Positions 25,141 to 39,165 of a stretch of DNA of 64,000 nucleotides are shown here, one piece after another (position 1 is the first letter of the stretch; each line of letters starts with the position of its first letter). The DNA is taken from positions 74,772,001 to 74,836,000 of the forward strand of contig NC_043001.1 of NCBI RefSeq assembly GCF_006345805.1. Direction: 5' to 3'. The notes under the pieces are model-generated. The model made no database searches and was not told the origin of the DNA. It saw only the letters and a list, made by a program, of their open reading frames with translations. The DNA comes from Octopus sinensis. Its lineage: Eukaryota. A program made the position numbers and the translations under genes.

Positions 25141-25906
25141 TTAACAAAAGAAAAATACACTCATCTATGTATACACACACACACATATATATGTACAAAT
25201 GTATACATGTGTGTGTGAATGTATGTGTGTGGATGTATGTACTTGTGTATTTATGAATATATGTATATTTATGCATGCAAAAATTCCAAAAGTTGGAATT
25301 GATGTACTAAAAGTTTTACTTTTGAAACTAGATATAGATTTACTTTTGTGTTTTCTCATGAAGGATTGTTTCGAGTTTTGAAAACAATCCTGATGCATTC
25401 CGTTCTTCTTTCTTACCTTTTTTCAACTCAGAAATAACTATTACTTTATAATGTTACCTTGGCGGTAACTTCAATGTACACAGCATTGGAACAACCGTGG
25501 ACGTCCTAAGCAAAAGAAGTAACCTAGCTATTATCAAACATCCAACAACTAGAAAGCATTCGGACATGACGATGTCCACAAGTTCTGTTTTGAAAAAAAT
25601 ACTTAACGTAAACACATGACGTGCGAGCAAAAAAGCTTAATAAGATGCGACGGTGCGAGAGGCGATAGCTGACTGCTGCACTGAAGGGAGAACCCCTCAA
25701 ATGTAAAGATACCACAAACCCACAAAATTGGAGAGCCATAATATATACTCCTGCAACTTACAAAGCCTTTACCGTAATAGTATCTCAGAGAATAAAGATC
25801 AAGAAAAAAACGATCTACTTCCAGTAGAAGGATGCTATAAAGGATCATATGACAGTAAAGATAAATTTACTGTTAGAAAGAGGACAGATTGAAATTAGTG
25901 TGTAAT

Positions 25907-26190
25907 GTGTTCGCATGGCTCAGTGGTTAGAGTGTCGAACTCACAATCATGAGGTAGTGATTTCGTTCCCGGACCGGGCTCTATGTTGTGTTTTTGAGCA
26001 AGACACTTTATTTCACGTTGCTCCAGGTCACTCAGCTGTAAAAATGAGTTGTGACGTCACTGGTGTCAAGCTGTATCGGCCTTTACCTTTCCCTTAGATA
26101 AGATTAGCGGCGTGGAAAGGGGAGTCTAGTATGCATGGGAGACTGCTTGTTTTCCATAAGCAACAATGCCTGAACTTGATCCTTGGAGGG
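25907..26190 (+). mobile_element. CORE-type SINE, head B with tail type 4
   Basis: TGGCTCAGTGG..GTTCCC head, CORE block, GTCAAGCTGTATCGGCC tail. Confidence 0.85.
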
Positions 26191-26199
26191 AAAAGCGAT

Positions 26200-27630
26200 A
26201 ACCAAAGATAGTTGAGAGAAAATGAAGGGGCTGAACATAGCATGGATTCACTACCTGAAGGCATATGATAGTATTACTTACATATGGATCCTGGCAATCC
26301 GAGCCATGAATAATGTAGCACCGTTATTATGAAAATACATGAAACATATCATGAGTAAATGGCAAAGTTTTCCTTTGCAGTTACAGACAAGAGAGAATTG
26401 TAAAAACTAAACCCATGTCCATTAGGGAAGGAATATTCCAAGGAAATTCCCTCTCACCACTGTTTTTTTTTCTCTCTAGTGTGTCAATGTTTTTGACTGA
26501 CAAGTTAAAGAGAATTGGATATAGATACAACTGCTATAGAAAAACAATGAACCATCTTTTGTATATGGATCATCTCAAACTGTATTCTGTAAACGACAAA
26601 CAACTTAAAACATTACGCCAGACGCTACACTGATTTCCCGAAGAAATCGATATTATATTCGGCTTCGAAAAATTCGCCAAAGCAACCTTGAAGAGAAGAA
26701 AATTCATTAAGACTTCAAATATAATCCTAGATAAGGACACCGAGATAAGAGACTTAGATCAAATCCAGACATACAAATACGATGATTTAGACAGTATACG
26801 AAATACACAAACGAAAGGGAAAGATTAGGAAAGAATATTATAGACGTATTACATTAATACTTGAAACAGAGCTAAATGCAAATAAGATAGGAGACATCAA
26901 CAGTGCAGCGATCTCATTAATAATAATTTACAGTCTTAATTTTGTCTATTGGACGTTAAACAAATAAGATAGACTAGACAGGAAAAGAGGTAGTGACTGC
27001 ATTTAGAATACACCATCCAAAATCTGGCACTGAAAGACTATATTTACAACGTATACAATGCGGTAGGGATCTAATACAACTACACAGCTGTCACAAAATA
27101 TCCACAGTAAAACTACAAAACTATGTAGTGCAGAATCATGAAAAATCAAAACAAATAGCAACTAAGTATGAACAAAGCAAAAGACTGTTTCTGGTCAAGA
27201 AAGCCAACAAATACAAAACAGTTACTACAATCACAAATAACTATGAAGAAAATGGAGAAACAACAACAAATCGTAATATCTAAAAGAAAATTGGGACCAC
27301 AGAATGCCATAAGGAAAGCCCTTAAATATCCAGTTCCAAGAAAAGCTGAACAGAAATCCCATGGTGGAGGAGAGCAGGAATCAAAGTAGAGGTTTCTTGA
27401 TTGAGGCACAAGGCCTCACTAAAAGTCACCAAAAGCATATGCTGAAGTATAACAATTAATTGAAACATAGGTACATAATATGCGAAGATAAGAAACAAAA
27501 CTAATTACCTTTACCTGTCCAATCCTGACTTATCCAAGAAAGAACACATCCACATATACGACAGGGTTGGGACAACATGCACTAGAAGTTGTGTCGCATA
27601 ATCAAATACTAACAGAAAAGTGATGGTACG
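26200..27630 (+). pseudogene. RLE-type (R4/Dong-like) LINE RT fragment
   Basis: REGIFQGNSLSPL, NHLLYMDHLKLY, HHPKSGTERLY, later KKEHIH-type knuckle remnant. Confidence 0.8.
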
Positions 27631-28049
27631 GGAAAAGAAGTGTTTTACTCAAGAACACTGCCTGGTCCAAGAATCGAAACTGCAATCTTTCGATCGTGTG
27701 ACACCCTGACCACTAAGCTACGCATTCACCTTCCCTTTACAAGTTGCTTGCAATTCAGAATGAAGAAACTTGAAAGACAGACTGCCCTCGCTGCAGAGAA
27801 CAAACCACTACTTCTCTAAGGTTAACGTCATTTATCAACCAATTAATCTGTTTAATTTCATAGACCAGGTTTCTCAAAATTTACTTAATTTCAATTAACA
27901 GATTTCAAAATTCTAAAAATAACATACACTTTATAACTAAGATATTATTTTCGCTAATTTTCACTGAACGTGTTTTAATTAAAAAGGGCAAAGACTCTCC
28001 TTCGGTCATGAATGGCCAAGGAATGCACTTGGAAAGTCCCCCTCCAAGG

Positions 28050-28325
28050 GTCAAGTTCAGGCATTGTTGCTTATGGAAAACAAGCAGTCTCCCATGCATA
28101 CTAGCCTCCCCTTTCCACCCCGCTAATCTTATCTAAGGGGAAGGTAAAGGCCGATACAGCTTGGCACCAGTGACGTCGCAACTCATTTCTACAGCTGAGT
28201 GACCTGGAGCAACGTGAAATAAGGTGTCTTGCTCAAGAACACAACATAGAGCCCGGTCCGGGAACGAAATCACTACCTCATGATTGTGAGTCCGACACTC
28301 TAACCACTGAGCCATGCGAACACAT
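28050..28325 (-). mobile_element. CORE-type SINE, head B tail 4, inverted twin of 25907-26190
   Basis: Near-identical translated ORFs 25915-26097 and 28133-28315; shared flank. Confidence 0.85.
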
Positions 28326-28939
28326 TACATAATAATATGTCCTCTTTCTAACAGCAGTAAATTCACTTTATTCTCGCTGCATGAAAACTGCAGCAATTTA
28401 ATATTCATAGCACAATAAATTCATTCTCCTGATCAATTTTTACATAACCTACTTCAATACTGAATTCACACATTAGTTATATTTACATATTACTGTAGCT
28501 ATTTATGAATTAAATAGATTAATAGAAAGAAATATTGGTTGTAACTGCTTAGATGTATTGCAGAACTTTGAATGTATGCGCGCGTGTGTGTGTGTGGGTG
28601 TGTGTTTGTAAATGTGACTCATAATGAGGTTTAGTCTTTGTTATACAATGATGCACAAGCAGAAAATATTTCAGAGGAATGGCACTTGTTTACAAAATAG
28701 CTTGAGGAGTTATTGACCACTTTTGTATATAGCTATTATTGTTGTTGAGTCGCTGCGGTCAGTTTTACTTGAGATGTTTCTTATACAATGGTGCTTCGGC
28801 AAGTTATTTCAGGTGAATGACATCCATTCTCAAGATTGGTTAATGTGTTGTTTTTGTTATTAGGGTATAGCTGCAATAATAATTTTTTTTTTTTACTTGA
28901 GAAGATTAGTGTTTCGATCTGTAACTGGATACATATGAC

Positions 28940-29600
28940 CAACTCATTGCCACTGAGGACTGTGAATATACAAGACGTCAATTCGATTCGAGCTTTAGTG
29001 TTCAAAGACTAGTGTTGGAATGACATTCTTGCAATGGTCTTCATCTTCCATTTTGTGCTGTCTGTTGACTATGTTTTTGATACTAGAACTGGCGTTAAGG
29101 CAGCAGAATCGTTTCTACTATCCGGGTAAAATGCTTCCCAACCACACAGTTCACCGAAATAGAACAAAGTTCTCAATCTTAATATTAGATTTTAATGCAA
29201 GAGTATGGGGAAACCAACAAACCTAAGATTTAGTGACCTGAAATCACGGGTAATCGAAAATTAAAACAATGACTTCCAAATGATTTCTGTGCGTGCAGAA
29301 CACAAAATCACGATTTCCAACATCTTACATTAGAAGAAATAACCAGTTGGATGAATCTCAGGTCCAAATACTGGCATCTTATTGATCTAATCCTGATCAA
29401 GCTGGGAGATTTCACAGAGCTTTCGCTCATCCATCAATGGTATTGAAATCTGGGATGGAGTGAGAGTTGCCCTCTGTAGACTTCTAAACGATTGAAAACT
29501 TATAGACTTGACCAGACAATCGTATAACACTGTTACAAGTGAGGTAGGTAAGACCCAGAAGTGTATCTGTTAAGACGCTTAAAAGGCGAGCAAGCAGAAA
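28940..29600 (+). pseudogene. Decayed RTE-type AP endonuclease fragment
   Basis: DFNARV, CAEHKITISN, TSWMNLRSKYWHLIDLIL. Confidence 0.55.
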
Positions 29601-29801
29601 ATTTAGGGCGTCGGACAAAATGTTTAACGGTATTTCTTCCGGCATTTTACGTTCTGAATTCAAACACCACCCTGTGTCAAAACTAGATAGAATTAATAAT
29701 TTCGATCAGGGTGAACAGTGCAACTTCCATCTGCAAGCAAGCTTCAAAAGAAATGCAGGGCATAACCTCAGGCCTTATTATAATTATATATTTCTCAAAG
29801 G

Positions 29802-30179
29802 AGGAGGCGCAATGGCCCAGTGGTTAGGGCAGCGGACTCGCGGTCATAGGATCGCGGTTTCGATTCCCAGACCGGGCGTTGTGAGTGTTTATTGAGCGAA
29901 AACACCTAAAGCTCCACGAGGCTCCGGCAGAGATGGTGGTGATCCCTGCTGTACTCTTTCACCACAACTTTCTCTCACTCTTACTTCCTGTTTCTGTTGT
30001 ACTTGTATTTCAAAAGGCCAGCCTTGTCACTCTCTGTGTCACGTTGAATATCCCCGAGGACTACGTTAAGGGTACACGTGTCTGTGGAGTGCTCAGCCAC
30101 TTACACGTTAATTTCACGAGCAGGCTGTTCAGTTGATCGGATCAACCGGAACCCTCGCCGTCGTAACCGACGGAGTGCT
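29802..30179 (+). mobile_element. tRNA SINE, head D with tail type 2
   Basis: GGAGGCGCAATGGCCCAGTGG..GTTTCGATTCCC; tail ends GTAACCGACGGAGTGC. Confidence 0.88.
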
Positions 30180-31364
30180 TCCTATTTGCCAAAGGATTTC
30201 ACTTTAAACAGGAAACTTTTGTGAAATGTTTTCAGCGAGTTTGGCCACCTACCTGGATTCTTGGATCTCCTTTGCTAATTTTGCAAGGAAATAATAGCCA
30301 GAATTGTTGTTGGGGGTACGAGAACAGTTCGGTTTCAAACGTTAATCTCAAACACGGCGTGTACTATTCTGTTACTTAAAGGTAACAGAAAAAGAAATGG
30401 CAAGGTCACCACTAAACTCAGATTTGATCATTATGTTCATGTATCTTATACTTTTGAAGTTATATAGACCGTCGTCTATATGTTGCTGCAGAATATGAGA
30501 ACATAGACCCAGTAGTTGTCATTCAAAAACCTGAGGTCATACGCCAGTGTCATATTATTCCACTCTGCCTCCTTCTTTCTCAGTTAAATAGAAACACAAT
30601 GCTGTGATCATTTGATCCACATGTTTTGATATTATCATTTCCAATGAGTGCATGGTGAAGGAGGAAATTTAAAACTGCCCTAGACAATACTCTGCATGCT
30701 TCAGATGGCCCAGAAGCAGAGTTCTTGTCAATAAACAGCTGAGTCACCGTGCCAAATTTTTGCCTGAACAGGCAGTCTTAATCTTTACTTTCTAAAACTG
30801 AAGACATACTTAAGCACTGTCTTCAATGGATTTAGTGGATGCCAGCCCCTCAATACTTGGTCTGATTTTGCTTGTTATATACCATGTATGTGTGTGTATG
30901 TATATGTATATACACACGTACATACATATAAACATACAGAGTGAGGGATTCCGAGTGGGAAAGAAGGTTCACAATATACGCGAAAATATGAAAATAGAAG
31001 GCAAATTAAAAACAACTTATTGATACTTTCGACGCTCAGTGAGGTGATCAAGAAAATGAAAGTGTGTTTGGCGGTTCGAATTTTGCTCTCTTTTTACAGA
31101 AAACAGAAGACGAAGACAAGTGAAGAAACAACAAGCAGGTGTATTAATTTAACACTCGGGAAGAAGAATGTCCTTGATGTTTCGAGCCTACCCCCTTCGA
31201 CAGAAAGGATTGAGAGAGAAAAAGCGGAGAAGAAAAAAAGAGAAAATGGAATGAGAAAAAATGTGTAGGGATTAACAGTTCAACATAAAATACATACATA
31301 CATCTATACAAATGTATGTATACATATATGCATAAATATGTCTATATATATATATAATATATAT

Positions 31365-31419
<55 letters not shown>

Positions 31420-31471
31420 TAAATATTAGGGAATAAATCCAAATTTACAGGGAAAAAATCAGATTTAGGAT

Positions 31472-31560
<89 letters not shown>

Positions 31561-31623
31561 CATATATATATATATGCATATATGTATACACACATATATA
31601 TATTTGTGTGTGTGTCTATAGAT

Positions 31624-31679
<56 letters not shown>

Positions 31680-31681
31680 GT

Positions 31682-32030
31682 GTGGAGGTGCAATGGCCCA
31701 GTGGAGGTTAGAGCAGCGGACTTGCGGTTTCGATTCCCAGACCGGGCGTTGTGATTGTTTATTGACCGAAAACACCTAAAGCTCTACGAGGCTCCAGCAG
31801 GGGTGGGGGGGGGCAACCCTGCAGTACTCTTTCACCACATCTTTCTCTAACTCTTTCTTTCTGTTTTTGTTGTACCTATATTTCAAAGGGCCAGCCTTGT
31901 CACACTCTGTGTCACGTTGAATCTCTCCGAGAACTACGTTAAGGGTTAACGTGTCTGTAGAGTGCTCAGTCACTTGTACGTTAATTTCTCGAGTAGGCTG
32001 TTCCGTTGATCGGATCAACGACGGAGTGCC
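31682..32030 (+). mobile_element. tRNA SINE, head D with tail type 2
   Basis: Same architecture as 29802-30179. Confidence 0.85.
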
Positions 32031-32049
32031 ACGAAATATATATATATTT

Positions 32050-35000
32050 CTATGTATGAATGAGCTACTCCGTGTCGGACACCGGAATGATATTTGATTA
32101 CTTTATAGAGCGTTTGGGTGTCGGTTCGGTGTTTAGCACGGGATACCTTACCTCATGGGTAGGTAGATGGCCTTTAACCCTCGTTGGTAATCTACCTAGG
32201 AGAAGGAAATCTCCAAAATAAAATCTGATGCCTTGGAATTACCTGGTTTTGTAAATGTTCATGTCACACCGGTGAAAGTCTTCTTGAGATAGGTGGGGGT
32301 AGTGTAGTACAAGCTACACCCACTGAAAATTATTCATCTGGACAGGTACTTTTTGTACCTGTGCAGATGAATAATCATTGAATTGGTTGGCAGAAGCCTA
32401 AAAATGCACTTGTAACTTACTCTAAAATGTCTCAAACAGATTCGGTAAATGGCAAAAAAGGCTTGGGAACGTCAGAAGAACAGGTCTAGCTCAGCAGGTG
32501 TCCCAGTGTGTCACAAGCGGGGCCCGATCATTACATTGCCACTGTAGTCAAACAATCTTCAAGAAGGAATAAAAATATACACCCACTGAATTTTGGCTGT
32601 TGGAATGTGCACAAACTCCTAGATAATTTCAACATGAGGCCAGAAAGGCGTACTGCACTTATTGCATGTGAGCTTGCAAAATATTCCCGTGATATAGTTG
32701 CGCTCTTTGAAACTCGTCTTTCAGGTGAAGGTCTAATAAATGAACCTACTTATGGATATACTATCATCTGGAGAGGCGTACCTGAAGGTCAGCGTGGAGA
32801 ATCTGGTGCTGGATTTGCTCTCTAGAATTCATTAGTATTCTCTATTGCAGAATTTCCTAGTGGTGTATCTGAACGAACCATGTCATGCCATATAAAACTG
32901 ACAAAAGGTAAGTTTATTACCGTTGTCAGTATTTATGCACCAACAATGTCTCATGCTGATGAAACTGTTGAACTTTTATGACAATCTAGCACAATCATTG
33001 AGGAAACTACCAATTTATGACAAGCTGGTCATATTGGAAAATTTCAACGCAGGAGTTGGAAATGACTACGTTTCATGGCCTGTTTTAGGCTGACATGGGA
33101 TTGGAAAATGTAATAAAAATGGAGTAGCTCTTTTGACGTTTTGTACTGAGAATAGTCTGGTTGTCACCAACAGTCTATTTAAGCAGAAAAAAATGTAAAC
33201 CAACTGGATACACCCAAGATCTAAGGACTAGGGTCTTATAGATTATATTTTGATCAGAAAGCGTGATATGAAAGATGTTTCTAGTGCTAGAGCCTTGAAA
33301 GGAGCAGAGTGCTGAACTGACCATCGCCTAAGTCGATAGTCTGTTCCTAAGGTACACAATTACCAAGCAACTTGCAAAGATTCCACGATTCTATAGAAAG
33401 TATCAATCTTGACCCGAACAATCTATGGGAAGATTTCAAAACAAAAGTATTTCAGGCAATAAGTTCGTCAGTGTGATTTAAATTGCGTAAGTCATGTGAC
33501 TTGATTTCAGACAAATTAGCAGAAATTCATGATCTACTTTTAGAAAAACAAAACTTAGGCAATACCCTTCTTTCTTAGTCCTTGAACCCCAAATCAAACG
33601 AAGTTTACAGAAAGCTGAAATTGAAAGTGCAGACTCTTCTAAGGAAAATTAAACAGGAATGGAAGAATGTTAGAGCAAAAGGGGCACAAGAAGTAGCTGA
33701 CAGAAATGACGCCAAGAGTTTGTACGCTTATGTTAAGGGGGTATATGGCCCAAAATCTTCAATAGCTCCAATAAGGACAGCAAATGGACATTTGCTTCTG
33801 GCTGACATCTCTTCTATTCATAAGTGCTAAGTAGAACATTTTTCTGCACTTTTGAATAGACCATCATCTGCTGACATGATGATAGAAAAAATTGAACACC
33901 TTCCAACTCTAAATGACATTTATTTAGCTGTGAATAAGCTGAATAACAATAAGTCTCCAGGGTCTGATGGAATCTGTGCAGAGGTCTTGAAATATGGGGG
34001 TGACAAAATTTTGAACTCATAAATATACTAATTTGTCACTGTTGGAGAACTGAGAAAGTGCTTCAAGATTGGATCGATGCCATTTTAGTCCTCTTGTATA
34101 AATCAGGGCCAAAGTATCTGTGTAGTGATTTTCGAGGGATTTCGCTTTTGTCTGTAGTTGGGAAAGTACTTGCCCGCATTCTGTTAGAACGTTTAAATAC
34201 CTTCATAGTTCCAAATTTGGTATCTTAATCTCTGTGGTTTACGCTCCTCCAGTGGCACAGTTGATTGTAGCTTTACTACCAGATAATTTCAGGAAAAGTG
34301 CATTGAACAGAGCCCTATACCATTGCTTTGTTGATTTGTACAAAGCATTCGATATTGTTAATCGAAATGCTCTGTGGCTAATTCTAAAGAAAATAGGTTG
34401 TCCAGAAAAAATTTATAAATATGATCAGGGCTTTGCATCAAGATATAAAAGCTAGAGTTAATTTTGGTGGTAGGCTCTCTGAATCTTTTGCCGTGGAAAA
34501 GGGAGTAAAACAAGGAGACCTTGATGCATCAACCCTCTTTGCAATATACTTTGCTGTTGTGCTGTCACACGCTTTTCAAAACTCCGAGGAGGGTATTTAC
34601 ATAAAATATCGAACAACAGGGAATGTTTGTAATCCGACCAGACTGAAATTCAAAATGAAGGTTTTTTACTTCACTCAATAGGGAACTTTTATATGCTGAC
34701 GATTGCGATCTAATCAGTCATTCTGAAATAGGTCTGCAATCTCTTCTTCTGTTTGGATTTAACTCAGCTTGTGATGATTTTGGCTTGACCATAAACTTGA
34801 AAAGGACAGTCGTAATGTATCAACCTGCATGTGGTGCTCTTTGGAACCCCACTCCAAATTTTTTTGTTAAGGTTAAGTTACTTGAGGTTATTGATTCTTT
34901 CTTCTACCTTGGAAACTCTGTACAAAATGATGAAAATTTGGACACAGAAACACATCTGCGAATTCAAAGGGCAGAACAAGCATTTGATGGTTTGGAGTCA

Positions 35001-35800
35001 TGCGTTTGGCGTCAACGACATATAAATAACAACACAAAATTGGCTCTTTACAAATCTTTTGTCGTACCATCCCTGTTGTATTCTTCTGAAACATGGACAT
35101 CTTATGGAAGATATTTCAAATTGTTAGAACAATTCTACTAAAAATGCCTTCCTCGCATTTTAAACATTAAATGGAGTTCTTTTACTTTAAATACAAATGT
35201 CCTTGCGTCTCCAGGCATCACTTCAATTAAAGCAATAATTTTAAAAAACCAAATGAGATGATCTGGCCATATTGTTCGAACAGCGGATGAATACGTTCAT
35301 CCGCACACCCAAACAATTGTTTTATGGTGAGCTTGCAGAGGGGAAACGCTATCGGTGTAAACCTAAAAAGAGGACGGCATAAGAACTGCCATAAAGTCAC
35401 TTGGAATGGATCTAGAGGACATAGAAACCCTTGTTTCGGATCGAGCTGGATGGCGAAGAAAAGTGTGGAGTGGAACGAAAGCGTTTGAAGAGGCTAGAAT
35501 AACGCATGCAAGACTAAAGATAGATTTAAAGATGAATGTTACGATCGAGAAGGTAAATCACAATGGCCTTTTCGTGTGCAGTTTGTGACCACACCTTTCT
35601 TTTGTTGGGCTCAGATTTCATTTGCGGACCCATGAAAAAGGAACCTCCACTAACTATTCTGCGTTTTTGTCTGTGCACACCTTTAAATGACATGTCTGCA
35701 AATCTAACGGAGGTCTCAAAAGATATTTTTAGATCCACAAAGATTAAAACTTAGCTGCAGCTCCTGGTGGTCCAAATCGGATATGCAAACTATGTGGGTG
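32050..35800 (+). mobile_element. Near full-length decayed RTE-BovB LINE
   Basis: APE: GCWNV..RPERRTALIACEL..ETRL, YAPT, DYIL; RT: NKSPGSDGI, RGISLLSVVGK, FVDLYKAFD, GVKQG, LYADDC, LLYSSETW, QLFYGEL; many stops; ends approximate. Confidence 0.92.
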
Positions 35801-35843
35801 TCTTTTCAATGTATTGTCTGGTATTGCCCCTTTTCAATGCAGC

Positions 35844-36239
35844 GTTCTCTTTTAGAGAGACTTAGTTATTTCTATTATTGAAAACAAGTGGATGTATTCC
35901 ACCGAAACTAGGTAAATAAAACCATCGAACAGAGATTGTCGGAAGCGACACCTACTGGCTGGCTACGCTGCATTGAAAAGGGACAATACCCCGAAACGCG
36001 TCTGTAGCTGCCGGTCAAGTAGTGTGGAGCGACTGACCTCCCTTGTTCGAAGGTTATATGGATACAGTTTGTGTATCAAATAGCTAACTTAAGGCGATGG
36101 CCTCATGGAGCTAATAAGCGGACAGCTTTTTTCTTATTTTTATAAGAATGCCATATTAGTATGGCGATAACTATTATTTTCCGGGAACGCTGCCGCTGTT
36201 CTCTTTTAGAGAGATTAGTTATTTTAATATTTCTATTAT
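35844..36239 (+). mobile_element. Retrozyme-like / PLE pLTR-like 354-bp unit with terminal direct repeat
   Basis: GTTCTCTTTTAGAGAGA..TTAGTTATTTT..CTATTAT at 35844 and 36198; hammerhead folds inside; inverted fragment at 35822-35845. Confidence 0.6.
35967..36008 (+). ncRNA. Minimal type I hammerhead ribozyme, U3:A8 core, GUC cleavage site
   Basis: GCTGCA-TTGAAAA-GGG(ACAATAC)CCC-GAAA-CGCGT-C-TGTAGC; all three stems pair; palindromic ACGCGT stem III. Confidence 0.82.
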
Positions 36240-36969
36240 ATATATATATATATATATATAAAGTCCCTGGCTTTAAGAATATCGCGAAAGGCCTGGTTGG
36301 AGGCCCGAACGTCCGAGTTCTTTTACAAGGCTTAGCAATTCTGAACGACCGATGCAATAAATGTGTGAATCTGAGAGAGGAATATGTTGAATAAAACCAT
36401 AATTAACTGATTCTCCTGTTTTCTTTTACCCAAAGCCAGGAACTTTTCAGTACCTCCTTGTATAATATATATATATATTTAAGTGACATGCCTACTTATT
36501 CCTTATTCATTCAATCCACACATGCTTTTTTACATGTGGAAAAATTACCCAAGACTTTCGTAAGCTGAACATCAGTGCAAACCGGATCGTGGTAAATTAA
36601 ACATGATTTTTTTTCTTTTCCTACAAAATCTAATTCAGCTGCAATGCACAGAAAAGGGCATACACTGAAATCATTTTCTATACAAAAGATTCGAAGAGAC
36701 ATGTGTTTCCTTTTTCTTTTCTTTTGTAAACTTGTGTTATATGCATCAAACTTATTTTATGAATGCGTACAACAATATGTTTTCAGTTAAACTATAGTAC
36801 GAAAACATTTATCGTGTGAAAGTATTTTTATTTTTATTTTCATGCATATGAATGAAAAGAATAAATCTATTTACCCCTTATGTTAAAATTGTTTTAATTG
36901 GACAAAAAATATGTAAAAATTGATCTCACTTTCAACCTTCTCTCAATATGTATTGCACACATACATACG

Positions 36970-36982
36970 AACATGTGTGTGT

Positions 36983-37076
<94 letters not shown>

Positions 37077-37251
37077 ATATACACACGTATAGATGCATTC
37101 AGAAAGCAGATCTATGGGATAGATGTCAGAGAAAGTAGGAAGAAAAAGGAGAAAAAATTTTGTAAAGAAAGAGGACACAAAGAAAGTGCAGAGAAAGGAA
37201 TGCGAAAAAATAGAAAGGAGATTATATGTGATAAGCATTGACGTTGAGAAT

Positions 37252-37286
<35 letters not shown>

Positions 37287-37688
37287 GAGAGAGAGAAAGA
37301 GAGAGGGAGAGAGAGAGAGAGAGAGATTTACGTATTCAGTTCATTTTCAGTTGTTTGTGAAATCAATTGTATGCATGCATATGTGTGTATATATATATAC
37401 ATACATATGTATATATAAATACATATATATAGATATAGATATATATACACACATATGTATATATATATATACATATATATATATACACACACATATATAT
37501 ATATATGCACACATATATATATACACACATATATATATATATGCACACATATATATATACACACATATATATATACGCATATATATTTATACATGCACAA
37601 TATATACTATACATTACATATACATACACACACATATATAGATGTGTGTGTATGTATGTATGAATGTATGTATACATAGAGATATATT

Positions 37689-37752
<64 letters not shown>
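36970..37752. repeat. (TG)n, (GA)n, (TA/CA)n microsatellite block
   Basis: Direct reading. Confidence 0.9.
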
Positions 37753-37754
<2 letters not shown>

Positions 37755-38676
37755 AATGCATACCTATATATTCATGTATATATTGGTTTTAGATCTTGAC
37801 ACGAGGCCAGCAATTTCGGCAGAGGGACTAAGTTGATTATATCAACCCCTAGTACTTATTTTTATCGATCTTGAAAGGATTATTCGTAGCAGATTTCTAA
37901 TGTTGCTCACGGAAAACTAATTGCACAAGGAATCCAAAAACATATTTCCATTCAGTCTTCAAAAACCAAATTCTTCCTCTCAGTATGACTAAGACGTGCT
38001 TATGGACGAAATAGCATATTTAAACTTTGATGATAAAAGGTTCTTTGTAATCATAAAGCCACATAATTTTCACCTATATTCACAACTGATATTTGCAGGT
38101 TTTTCCCACAGCCTGCTACTTAAAAGTTAAACCAGACCTTGATGTAGAAAAACAAGCCTGACGAGTAAAACCAGTGTTGAATTTAAAAAAGGATTGCCTT
38201 GATAGCAACAATTAATCGGGTGTTGTCTGAGGGACTTCAAGGATTGAGAATAAAGTCTTACAAATTATTGTAGTCTTCACTTGAACAATTTCATATGTAA
38301 AATATATGTTCATATTATCAAATCTAAATAAAGAAATCATTTCTTTAAAAGGCCTTAGAAGATAAAAATAACAAAGAGATCTGTAAACCGAATTATAAGG
38401 ATGAAAGGCGATTGTATTTTAAAATATCTAATGCACAAAAGAGTTTGTTTTCAGTTTTCTGGGCTTAAAAATGCATTTCTGCAGAGTTAAATTCAGGTAC
38501 GTTTACGTAGAAATGGAAAATGAATGTAATTGATAGAGAAAAAATGGTATGTTGTAGATTTTATACGTATTCAAATTTTACCAAAATGGTATGCTGTAGA
38601 GATTTTATACGTGTTCGAATTTTACCAAACCTGAAGCGAGTTAATATTTCAGAAAACTGCCCGCCGATGCAATTGT

Positions 38677-38875
38677 ATAATCCTTTCTACTATAGGCACA
38701 AGGCCTGAAATTTTGGGGGAGGGGCACTAGTCGATTACATCGACCTCAGTACGTAACTGGTACTTAATTTATCGATCCCGAAAGGATGGAAGGCAATGTC
38801 GACCATGGCGGCATTTGAACTAAGAATGTGAAGACAGATGAAATACCACTAAGCATTTCGCTCGGCAATTTGATG
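38677..38875 (-). mobile_element. SINE family A
   Basis: GTCGATTACATCGAC..AACTGGTACTT..GAAAGGATGGAAGGC..GGCATTTGAACT. Confidence 0.8.
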
Positions 38876-39165
38876 CAATTGTAAAATAAAAGAAAAATAC
38901 CACAGTTGCGAAGGGTTTCTCTGCGTCTGAAATTACGTTGTAAAGTGAAGGAAATTTTGCAAAGGAAAGATCTATATATCACAATAATTCTGTGCGTATT
39001 GTTGTTATTTATCTCTACTCAGTCCTTGTAGAGCTAATCCGATGTATAGTACAAGAAAGTCAGTGATGTACTAATCTAGCTGAACATCACACTCCAATAC
39101 GCCATCCTTTAAGAAATTATGAGAAAAGAAGCAATACGGTACACTTTTCTTTTACATTTGCAGTT

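Noticed and set aside
31170-31208. Hammerhead-like remnant CTGTCGA...GAAAC on the minus strand
   Set aside because: Invariant A6 is missing and stems are broken; at best a decayed copy
32130-32210. HDV-like ribozyme in the RTE 5' UTR
   Set aside because: A hairpin (TAGGTAGAT/ATCTACCTA) is visible but I could not assemble the nested double pseudoknot by eye; needs a covariance-model search
36549-36620. Possible 72-nt minus-strand exon (TTTTGTAG...GG/GTAATT, open in one phase)
   Set aside because: Peptide KEKKSCLIYHDPVCTDVQLTKVL is not recognisable and such signals arise by chance; needs RNA-seq
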